Shown piece by piece: positions 1 to 7,125 of a stretch of DNA of 30,204 nucleotides. The position numbers were made by a program, and so were the translations under genes. The notes below the pieces were generated by a model that did no database searches, was not told the DNA's origin, and saw only the letters and a list, made by a program, of their open reading frames with translations. The stretch lies in the IMG/VR virus record IMGVR_UViG_3300045988_156735; one strand, written 5' to 3'. Every line of letters begins with the position of its first letter. Within the stretch, counting starts at the first letter, position 1. The DNA comes from a virus. Its lineage: Duplodnaviria; Heunggongvirae; Uroviricota; Caudoviricetes.

Positions 1-612
<612 letters not shown>

Positions 613-614
613 CT

Positions 615-959
615 ATGAGCAAATCACTTAACGCACGCTGCATCCGTCGCTGGACCGTCGAATTTAAAGGTCGCTGCGACTCAAAATATAGCCCGTATTG
701 GCGTAAGCGTGACCTGCGGGGGTACATCCGTGAGGTTGCACTGACCACCGCGGATTGCATGGTCGAGCGTATGGCTGAGGATAATGCGATGGTAGATTTT
801 CAGGGGGCTAATCGAGGATGGTCGCCGGAGTTCTCTGCCTGGTACCACGAACGCCGTGAACAGTATCTCAAAGAGGCGCGCGACCATCTGAACGAAGACG
901 CCACCAATGACGAGGTTGACGAGGAGATTCAGAACGAGCTGGAGGCCTGGAATGACTAA
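615..959 (+). CDS. Hypothetical phage protein with acidic C-terminus
   Basis: 114-aa ORF; AGGAAG about 8 nt upstream of ATG 615; its stop overlaps the next start (ATGACTAA at 952-959). Confidence 0.5.
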   Translation: MSKSLNARCIRRWTVEFKGRCDSKYSPYWRKRDLRGYIREVALTTADCMVERMAEDNAMVDFQGANRGWSPEFSAWYHERREQYLKEARDHLNEDATNDEVDEEIQNELEAWND

Positions 960-1572
960 CAGCACAGCAATTAACTATCAGGCACTGCGTGAGGCGGCAC
1001 AGAACGCGAAAGATTTAGGTGGGATTAAGAATTACAAGCGAGGCGAGCAAGCTGTTGCCGAATTTGAGTCCTTGATAACGCCACACATTGTGCTGGGGCT
1101 TCTGGATGAACGGGAAAGAAACCAGCAATACATAAAACGCCGTGACCAGGAGAACGAGGAAATTGCGCTAACGGTAGGGAAGCTGCGCGTTGAGCTTGAA
1201 GCAGCAAAATCAAAACTCAACGAGCAGCGTGAATATTACGAGGGAGTAATCGCGGATGGAAGTAAGCGCATTGCAGAACTGGAAGCACGGGAAATAAAAC
1301 CAGCCAAAGGTGAGGTTCTTGTCGTTGTTTCTGGTTTTACTGGTTGCGGAAAAAGCGCCATTGCCGGGGAAATAGAAATCGCGATGAAGGCTATTGGTGT
1401 ACCGGTTCAGTGGACTAATGGCGATGCGGAAAAGCGCATGACAGGAGCTGACTGGCTGACAGCGATTGAGATGTACAAACCAACAGTGCGCATCATGGAA
1501 GTTAATGTGCCACGCGCCGCTGGAATTCGCACCAAAGGAGACGCAGGAGAGCAAAACGATGAAAAACCGTAA
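952..1572 (+). CDS. Coiled-coil protein with C-terminal Walker-A-like motif (GFTGCGKS); possibly Ead/Ea22-like
   Basis: ATG 952 overlaps the upstream stop; N-terminal charged heptad-like region (EELQ/EAAK-rich), C-terminal VLVVVSGFTGCGKSAIAGE matching GxxxxGK[ST]. The Ea22 family assignment is from memory and uncertain. Confidence 0.5.
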   Translation: MTNSTAINYQALREAAQNAKDLGGIKNYKRGEQAVAEFESLITPHIVLGLLDERERNQQYIKRRDQENEEIALTVGKLRVELEAAKSKLNEQREYYEGVIADGSKRIAELEAREIKPAKGEVLVVVSGFTGCGKSAIAGEIEIAMKAIGVPVQWTNGDAEKRMTGADWLTAIEMYKPTVRIMEVNVPRAAGIRTKGDAGEQNDEKP

Positions 1573-1744
1573 AGCTAAGATGCTTATCTCCCGTGTATAC
1601 AGACTTTGCTATCCCAGCCAGTGGTTGAGAGTTAGCAATCGCCGTGTGGTGTTGTTCTCATTTTCTGGAATTGCCAGAGAGGGAGTAAAAGAGAAGCGCA
1701 GCGCGGCGCAAAACCGCTGGAAAAACCACTTATATAAGCTGTAG
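1559..1744 (+). CDS. Small basic hypothetical protein (61 aa)
   Basis: ATG 1559 with GGAGAG 7 nt upstream; overlaps the end of the previous gene by 14 nt; no recognisable motif. Confidence 0.25.
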   Translation: MKNRKAKMLISRVYRLCYPSQWLRVSNRRVVLFSFSGIAREGVKEKRSAAQNRWKNHLYKL

Positions 1745-1969
1745 TGAGAAACCATGCGCTTACGAGCAGTATTCAGATATTCAGAGCGGGTAATGAAGCA
1801 CATACAACCGAAAACATGGCAGAAACTGGACTCTATGGGAGTTAAGTTGGAGAAGATTACTCAACTTAAGCAGTGGCATATCGGCGAATATTATGGAAGT
1901 CCTGGTTGGGATGTTCGGTTGGTAAAAAGTTGAACATTGCTTTTTTATTGATCGATTAACCACGATATG

Positions 1970-2064
1970 AAGGTTTTTTTATGGGAAAACCTTGTTTTAG
2001 GTGGTAACTGGGTGTAGTGTTTCATTTAACGTAGTAAAACTGCGTTAAGCGATTACCGCGTAAT
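1970..2064 (+). promoter_or_regulatory. Structured leader upstream of lysis genes: three perfect hairpins
   Basis: AAGGTTTT/AAAACCTT at 1970-1993, TTAACG/CGTTAA at 2026-2048, ATTAC/GTAAT at 2052-2064, all in a 380-bp ORF-free stretch before the holin. Confidence 0.35.
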
Positions 2065-2079
2065 TTGTTGCTTTATGAA

Positions 2080-2110
2080 GCCCTGCCTTTTTCGGCGGGG
2101 CTTTTTTTTT
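2080..2110 (+). terminator. Rho-independent terminator immediately upstream of the holin gene (tR-prime-like)
   Basis: GCCCTGCC - TTTTTC - GGCGGGGC stem-loop (one mismatch) followed by nine T; ends 13 nt before ATG 2124. Confidence 0.6.
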
Positions 2111-2123
2111 AACGAGGATTTCA

Positions 2124-2519
2124 ATGTCAGCAGAACCAATTTCCGGTACGGCCGTTGCTGCTGGTGGCCTGATGGGTGCCAGCGTTTTTGGTATTGCAAC
2201 TGGTATTGATTACGGCGTTGTATTCGGGGCATTTGCTGGCGCTGTTTTCTATGTTGCTACAGCGGTGAATATTAGCCGTCTCAAGCTGATTGGCTATTTC
2301 TTTACATCGTTCATTGTTGGAGTGATTGGAGCGCCGTTAGTTGGCTCATTTCTTGCCAAATGGACCAGCTACAACGATCGTCCTCTGGATGCGCTTGGTG
2401 CGGTTATTGTGGCTGCATTGACCATTAAAATCCTCACGTTCGTAAACAGCCAGGATCTCGGTAGCATCTTTGGAATGCTTTCCCGCTTACGTGGAGGGGG
2501 TTCAAATGGTAAGCAGTGA
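2124..2519 (+). CDS. Putative holin (multi-pass membrane protein)
   Basis: 131 aa, three to four hydrophobic Gly/Ala-rich segments and a charged C-terminus (RLRGGGSNGKQ); GAGGA 5 nt upstream; first gene of the lysis cassette. Confidence 0.55.
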   Translation: MSAEPISGTAVAAGGLMGASVFGIATGIDYGVVFGAFAGAVFYVATAVNISRLKLIGYFFTSFIVGVIGAPLVGSFLAKWTSYNDRPLDALGAVIVAALTIKILTFVNSQDLGSIFGMLSRLRGGGSNGKQ

Positions 2520-2802
2520 CCCGTCAGCACTGATTAATGCGGTGCTTTGCACAGTAATAGTAATGGCGCTGATGCTTTATCGACGGAAAGACTCCAGGCA
2601 TCGTCCATTTGTTTCCTTTCTGGCTTATATCTACGTCATTGTATACGCCAATGTTCCCTTCCGTTATGTGTTCGGTCTTTATCAAGAATCCCACTGGCTG
2701 GTGGTTATTGGAAATCTGATTATCTGCATCGTTGTTCTGTATTTCAGGGGCAATCTGGCGCGGATAGTTGACGCATTAGGGTTTAATCATGACCAAAGAT
2801 GA
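2506..2802 (+). CDS. Second small membrane protein of the lysis cassette (holin or antiholin-like)
   Basis: 98 aa from ATG 2506 (GGAGGGGG upstream), about three hydrophobic segments; overlaps the upstream gene and the endolysin start. Confidence 0.45.
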   Translation: MVSSDPSALINAVLCTVIVMALMLYRRKDSRHRPFVSFLAYIYVIVYANVPFRYVFGLYQESHWLVVIGNLIICIVVLYFRGNLARIVDALGFNHDQR

Positions 2803-3331
2803 GATTTTTAACAGCATTCTTGGAAAAGAGGGCGGCTATGTGGATCACCCTGACGACAAGGGAGGCCCAACAATGTGGGGCATTACTCAGAACACTGCCC
2901 GTGCTCATGGATACCGTGGCGATATGCGCGATTTAACCCGCGAACAGGCACTGATGATTCTTGAAGGTGATTATTGGTATGGACCTCGTTTTGACCAAGT
3001 GGCGCAATTTTCCCCTGATATTGCGGCGGAGATGTGCGATACGGGCGTCAACATGGGGCCGACTGTGGCGACGAAGATGCTTCAACGTTGGTTGAATGTT
3101 TTCAACCGTGGCGGGAAGTTGTATCCAGATATGGATGTGGATGGGCGAATCGGCCCGCGCACCATTGCGGCATTACGTGCTTATCTTGGGAATCGGGGAA
3201 AAGACGGCGAACGGGTAATGCTGACGGCCCTGAACTGTACGCAGGGCGACCGTTATCTGGACCTGGCAGAGAAACGCGAAGCAAATGAGTCGTTTGTCTA
3301 TGGCTGGATGAAAGAGCGAGTGGTGGTATGA
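2789..3331 (+). CDS. Endolysin, glycoside hydrolase family 108-like N-terminal domain with C-terminal peptidoglycan-binding domain
   Basis: N-terminus EGGYVDHPDDKGGPTMWGIT is the hallmark I recall for GH108; C-terminal region resembles PG_binding_3; sits between holin and spanins. Confidence 0.8.
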   Translation: MTKDEIFNSILGKEGGYVDHPDDKGGPTMWGITQNTARAHGYRGDMRDLTREQALMILEGDYWYGPRFDQVAQFSPDIAAEMCDTGVNMGPTVATKMLQRWLNVFNRGGKLYPDMDVDGRIGPRTIAALRAYLGNRGKDGERVMLTALNCTQGDRYLDLAEKREANESFVYGWMKERVVV

Positions 3332-3606
3332 CTGGTTTGAAAGCCGTTTTGTCATTTATCGGCACCATTATATTGGTTGCATTCGGCGCATTTGGTTTTG
3401 GTCGTATGAAGGGGCGAGAAAAGGCCGAAGATGAAGCTGAAAAGCAGCGCATTAATGAGAATGCAGCCGCCGTAAAAGCCACTGCGGAGCGGCGTATAGA
3501 AGTGACAAAAGAGGTGGGGAATGTACAGCAGAGTGTTAACCATATGGCTGATGACGATGTTGATCGCGAGCTGCGGGAGTCGTGGAAGCGTCCCGGTGGT
3601 GGTTGA
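3328..3606 (+). CDS. Rz-like i-spanin
   Basis: 92 aa; ATG overlaps the endolysin stop (ATGA); N-terminal transmembrane helix (LKAVLSFIGTIILVAFGAFGF) then a charged coiled-coil-like region. Confidence 0.65.
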   Translation: MTGLKAVLSFIGTIILVAFGAFGFGRMKGREKAEDEAEKQRINENAAAVKATAERRIEVTKEVGNVQQSVNHMADDDVDRELRESWKRPGGG

Positions 3607-3730
3607 TACCGCCTGTGATTGGGTAAAGCCCATCTACCTGACTGATCACGATATCGATGTTATGGACCGCCAGACAAAGAAAGATATTCTGGCTCATAAC
3701 AGGGCATGGGAAATCAACTGCCCCAAGTAA
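3521..3730 (+). CDS. Rz1-like o-spanin lipoprotein, overlapping the 3-prime end of Rz in the +1 frame
   Basis: ORF starts inside Rz in another frame; signal peptide with lipobox LIASC (MYSRVLTIWLMTMLIASCGS); GAGGTGGGG upstream of ATG 3521. Confidence 0.6.
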   Translation: MYSRVLTIWLMTMLIASCGSRGSVPVVVDTACDWVKPIYLTDHDIDVMDRQTKKDILAHNRAWEINCPK

Positions 3731-3762
3731 TATATATTTCTATAATTATATAAATATATAGT
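3731..3762. repeat. AT-rich alternating TA block containing AATTATATAA, left boundary of the tRNA/methyltransferase cassette
   Basis: tatatatttctataattatataaatatata directly after the Rz1 stop; the same 10-mer recurs at 4872-4881. Confidence 0.5.
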
Positions 3763-3899
3763 TACAACATTCTATGCGCTTTTCTCATGAGCGCACGCAT
3801 CAACCATGTTTGTCTGATATGCCGCCGCGCCCAAAAATCCTGAATTTATTGGCTGGGATTTTCGTGCGCGGCGCCACACCAGACAAACAGATCAAATAT

Positions 3900-3975
3900 G
3901 GCCCCTTAGCTCAGTGGTTAGAGCAGGCGACTCATAATCGCACGGTCATCGGTTCAAATCCGGTAGGGGCCACCA
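3900..3975 (+). tRNA. tRNA with CAU anticodon (tRNA-Ile2-like; could be annotated tRNA-Met)
   Basis: 76-nt cloverleaf folded by hand: acceptor GGCCCCT/AGGGGCC, D-arm GCTC-AGTGGTTA-GAGC, anticodon arm GGCGA-CTCATAA-TCGCA, T-arm ATCGG-TTCAAAT-CCGGT, discriminator A and encoded CCA. The 5-prime half matches my memory of E. coli ileX. Confidence 0.85.
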
Positions 3976-4283
3976 ATTCACTCTCACACATAAAGATAAG
4001 CGCGGTGGAGTTACTTCCTTCGTGCTCATCTTTATGCGTGCCTGGTGCGCATTTCGGGCGAACGTGGGGCTAAGTTACAGGCAGGGCCTGTTATCCGCAA
4101 AGGGGTAAAAGCTGGAGCGGCACGGAACTGTAGCCGTGTTACCAAAACAGCGTTGTCGGGCGATATCCGGCACACAACAGGCAAGGGCATTAATCAGTCT
4201 GGTTAGTGCCCTTTTCGTTGTGTTTGCTGTAGAGCTGGCCAGCGTTATGACTGCCGGAGATAAGCGCCGGAGGCACAACTAAC

Positions 4284-4871
4284 ATGGAGGCAATTGCATT
4301 GTTTAATCTGATTTATGCAGATCCCCCCTGGGAATACAAAGACAAGTGTAAGGATGGGAATCGTGGAGCTGGTTTTAAGTATCCAACGATGAAAGCTGAG
4401 GAGATTGCTCGTATTCCTGTCTGGCAACTTGCTAATCCTGAATCGTGTTTGTTGGCCATGTGGTGGGTTCCGACTCAGCCAGAAGAAGCGTTGCTGGTGG
4501 TGAAAGCATGGGGGTTCAGGCTTATGACCATGAAGGGCTTCACATGGAACAAATGTGGTAGCCGACAGCCAGATAAGCTGGTGATGGGGATGGGGCATAT
4601 GACTCGTGCGAACAGTGAAGATTGCTTGTTTGCGGTAAAAGGCAAACTGCCGACCCGCCTTGATGCGGGGATCATTCAGTCGTTTACATCGCCTCGTCTG
4701 GAACATTCACGGAAGCCTGATGTGGTTCGTGACAAGCTGGTAAGACTGTTAGGTGATGTTCCTCGTATTGAGCTGTTTGCTCGCGGTGATTTACCTGATG
4801 GCTGGCATGGCTGGGGCAACCAGTGCAACGGAGGTATCCAGTTGCATGATGCTCTCTGGCAAGTGCCATAG
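4284..4871 (+). CDS. MT-A70-family N6-adenine DNA methyltransferase (orphan, no restriction partner seen)
   Basis: 195 aa with the catalytic DPPW tetrapeptide (LIYADPPWEY) near the N-terminus and layout typical of small phage MT-A70/Dam-like enzymes. Confidence 0.75.
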   Translation: MEAIALFNLIYADPPWEYKDKCKDGNRGAGFKYPTMKAEEIARIPVWQLANPESCLLAMWWVPTQPEEALLVVKAWGFRLMTMKGFTWNKCGSRQPDKLVMGMGHMTRANSEDCLFAVKGKLPTRLDAGIIQSFTSPRLEHSRKPDVVRDKLVRLLGDVPRIELFARGDLPDGWHGWGNQCNGGIQLHDALWQVP

Positions 4872-4900
4872 AATTATATAATTATAGATTTATATAAAAA
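4872..4900. repeat. AT-rich block containing AATTATATAA, right boundary of the tRNA/methyltransferase cassette
   Basis: aattatataattatagatttatataaaaa directly after the methyltransferase stop; shares a 10-mer with 3744-3753. Confidence 0.5.
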
Positions 4901-4983
4901 GTGCTTTACAGGTGGGAAAAAAATTCCTAAGGTTATACCCGAAACCGAGCGATACCCGCCCTGGTTAAACCGGAGATAACCCG

Positions 4984-5253
4984 ATGAAAGTACAAGACCG
5001 TGAAGTAGTAAAAAACCTCCTGCAATACCTGACCTCAAAAAACCTGACGGGCAGCGTTGAGTTCCGTGAAGCGTTAAAACATTTCAACGTCACTACGGTT
5101 TATCGTTGGGAAAACCAACATTCTGAAAGACCGTATGTGGTGGATGTTTTTGCGCCTGATATTGAGTGCGGTTTTGAGCGTCATTCATTCAAGAAGAAAC
5201 ATTCCGCTGATGTTTTTTGTGAGGTTGTATGTGCGGCAGGAGATGATGAGTGA
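4984..5253 (+). CDS. Hypothetical protein (89 aa), first gene of a two-gene overlapping pair
   Basis: GGAGA upstream of ATG 4984; stop overlaps the start of the next ORF (TGATG); no recognised motif. Confidence 0.5.
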   Translation: MKVQDREVVKNLLQYLTSKNLTGSVEFREALKHFNVTTVYRWENQHSERPYVVDVFAPDIECGFERHSFKKKHSADVFCEVVCAAGDDE

Positions 5254-5450
5254 TGCGTATTTCCTTCAAACGTGCGACTGAGCAGCAACGCAAAGAGTTC
5301 CTGGCTGATGATGTAGCGGCCGTTTATGACCTCATGAAAGAGGTTGTGGAATCAGGGAACTACACGGCGGCAAAGATGCTTAAACTGCAATTCTTGCTGG
5401 GCGATCTGAAATACAAATCCGAAGTTGTCGCCGGACGACGCGAGCATTAA
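5253..5450 (+). CDS. Hypothetical small protein (65 aa), second gene of the pair
   Basis: ATG 5253 overlapping the upstream stop; predicted helical, charged; followed by an intrinsic terminator. Confidence 0.45.
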   Translation: MRISFKRATEQQRKEFLADDVAAVYDLMKEVVESGNYTAAKMLKLQFLLGDLKYKSEVVAGRREH

Positions 5451-5472
5451 ACCGTAACGATAACGAACAACG

Positions 5473-5500
5473 AGCCTCGGCAATTGCCGGGGCTTTTTTA
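5473..5500 (+). terminator. Rho-independent terminator
   Basis: Near-perfect palindrome AGCCTCGGCAA/TTGCCGGGGCT centred on AATT, followed by TTTTTT. Confidence 0.6.
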
Positions 5501-5524
5501 CATCCAGACAAAGGAGAACATGGG

Positions 5525-5980
5525 ATGCCTTCGACAAGCACCAAAAAAGAAATGGCGATTAGTGATGTGCTTTACGCGCTTTCGATTATGTGTGACGGAG
5601 CAATGATGAGGATGAAAGTCCTCCATGAAGCATACGGAAAAAGTCACGATGAGGCAGCCAAAGAGTGCCTGAATGAGATTGTGGACTTCCTTGATAGTTA
5701 TCGGTCGATGATAGCTCTCGATAACCAGCCGCAAGCCGAAGAATGCCAGAAGCGCGAGTATAAAACGATATATGGGAATAAGTTCTCCTGTCTAAGCGAG
5801 TTGGCTGCAAAGGTGGCCGACATTCTGGAGAACAACGGCGGTCGAATGCGTCAGGTTAGCTGTCTGGCTGAATATGAATCTCTAATCATGTTAGTTGATT
5901 ATTTAGTTGATACCGGAGCTTTACAGCTCAACTGCGTAAGGCTATCTGGTCATCCGATAAAAATGAATGGAAGGATATAA
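5525..5980 (+). CDS. Hypothetical protein (151 aa)
   Basis: AAGGAG 8 nt upstream of ATG 5525; soluble, Cys-containing, no recognised motif. Confidence 0.5.
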   Translation: MPSTSTKKEMAISDVLYALSIMCDGAMMRMKVLHEAYGKSHDEAAKECLNEIVDFLDSYRSMIALDNQPQAEECQKREYKTIYGNKFSCLSELAAKVADILENNGGRMRQVSCLAEYESLIMLVDYLVDTGALQLNCVRLSGHPIKMNGRI

Positions 5981-5982
5981 CC

Positions 5983-6189
5983 GTGGACTTGCCGAGTGAT
6001 TTGTTCTGGTTTCCGCTTCCAATAAGAGATTTGTTGGTATTTCTGGCTGGCGCTTACGTCTGGAGAAAAGCGAAAGACACCTCGTTATCTTTGAGGTTTG
6101 TCTTAGCTATATCGGTAGGAACCGCGCTGGGGACGGCGTATCTCTTGACATTACTGGAGATATTCATTGAAGAATGGATAGTTTCATGA
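5983..6189 (+). CDS. Small membrane protein (68 aa, about two transmembrane helices)
   Basis: GTG start 3 nt after the previous stop; hydrophobic segments LLVFLAGAYVW and FVLAISVGTALGTAYLLTLL. Confidence 0.4.
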   Translation: MDLPSDLFWFPLPIRDLLVFLAGAYVWRKAKDTSLSLRFVLAISVGTALGTAYLLTLLEIFIEEWIVS

Positions 6190-6338
6190 ATGGTGTTGGC
6201 ATTTTTCTGATGGTTGTGGCCGTGTGTTTTTGTATCTCGCTGGTGGTTATCGCTGGTGTCCTGTGGCGCATCTTAGTGGCGCAGAGAGCTTTTCGGCGTA
6301 AGCGGGAGCAATTATTTATTGATAAATTTAGGCAGTAA
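6186..6338 (+). CDS. Small single-pass membrane peptide (50 aa), not in the supplied ORF track
   Basis: ATG 6186 overlaps the previous stop (ATGA); translation MNGVGIFLMVVAVCFCISLVVIAGVLWRILVAQRAFRRKREQLFIDKFRQ has one transmembrane helix then a basic tail. Confidence 0.4.
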   Translation: MNGVGIFLMVVAVCFCISLVVIAGVLWRILVAQRAFRRKREQLFIDKFRQ

Positions 6339-6425
6339 TTGGTCGATTAAAATGAGGCATAAATAAAACAATGTGTCTTTTTTTAAAGGTTGTGTAACAT
6401 TTGCGTTCCATTTAAGGAGGGTAAA

Positions 6426-6833
6426 ATGCGCACCGATCTAGATTATCTAAAAAAGATGCTGACTGTGTTTTTGGATTCAGAAAGCACGTTCATAACAGTA
6501 AATCAACTAAGAGACGCGGGGTTTGATATAGCCTCAGAAAAGGGCATGTTTCATTATATGCAATTGATTGAGCAAGGTTTTATCAGCAATATGAAGATGG
6601 AAACGCGTGATCCTCTGCGTCTTGGCTATGTTAATTTTTTGGCAGGAATGAGGACTGTTGATGTAGATATTAGATTGACTACAGAGGGACAGGATTTTGC
6701 CTGTGCACTAGAGAGCAAAGATGTTTTCGCTAGACTAAAAGAAATTAGCAATGAGCCATTGGCTGTTATGAAGGATGTTGGTGTAGAACTTCTCAAGTCA
6801 TTGGCAAAGAAGAAGTTTGGTTTATCTGATTAG
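6426..6833 (+). CDS. Hypothetical protein (136 aa), possibly winged-helix-like
   Basis: Strong RBS AAGGAGG 5 nt upstream of ATG 6426; AT-rich upstream region; intrinsic terminator directly downstream. Confidence 0.55.
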   Translation: MRTDLDYLKKMLTVFLDSESTFITVNQLRDAGFDIASEKGMFHYMQLIEQGFISNMKMETRDPLRLGYVNFLAGMRTVDVDIRLTTEGQDFACALESKDVFARLKEISNEPLAVMKDVGVELLKSLAKKKFGLSD

Positions 6834-6861
6834 TGCAGATACCTGTTTGCTATTTATTTAT

Positions 6862-6891
6862 AAAACCACCTGCGGGTGGTTTTGTTTTTTT
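6862..6891 (+). terminator. Rho-independent terminator
   Basis: AAACCACC - TGCG - GGTGGTTT hairpin followed by a T-rich run (tgttttttt). Confidence 0.7.
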
Positions 6892-6952
6892 AGCATTACA
6901 GCAGCTCTTGTGCTTACCAGGGGCTGCGATAATGCGCAAACCAAAGCTGCCT

Positions 6953-6996
6953 CATTAACTCCAGCTCGCTGTGGAGTTAATGCTGGTGGCTTTTTT
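6953..6996 (+). terminator. Second hairpin with T-run (possible tandem terminator or structured RNA)
   Basis: 11-bp perfect stem CATTAACTCCA/TGGAGTTAATG with 8-nt loop, then GCTGGTGGC and TTTTTT. Confidence 0.35.
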
Positions 6997-7125
6997 ATTA
7001 CTGGAAGGTGGGCGACCGCCGTCAGTTGCGACCTGACGACAGTCATTCATACCCACAGGGTGCCGTGGATACAAACCGAGGCCCACTTGCTTGCACAAGC
7101 GAGGGGATTTTAGCGGATAAACGGC

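Noticed and set aside
3774-4073. 99-aa plus-strand ORF spanning the tRNA
   Set aside because: It reads straight through a perfectly folding 76-nt tRNA and the structured non-coding region; the translation is low-complexity and implausible.
3976-4283. Possible second or third tRNA downstream of the CAU tRNA (ileZ-argN-argO-like cluster)
   Set aside because: I could not fold any segment into a cloverleaf with acceptor, D, anticodon and T arms; only isolated hairpins are present. Kept as a finding about structured non-coding DNA, not as a tRNA call.
6817-7113. 98-aa plus-strand ORF between the two hairpin terminators
   Set aside because: It begins inside the upstream gene and terminator, spans both terminator hairpins, has no RBS, and has an odd Cys/Thr-rich composition; more likely non-coding.
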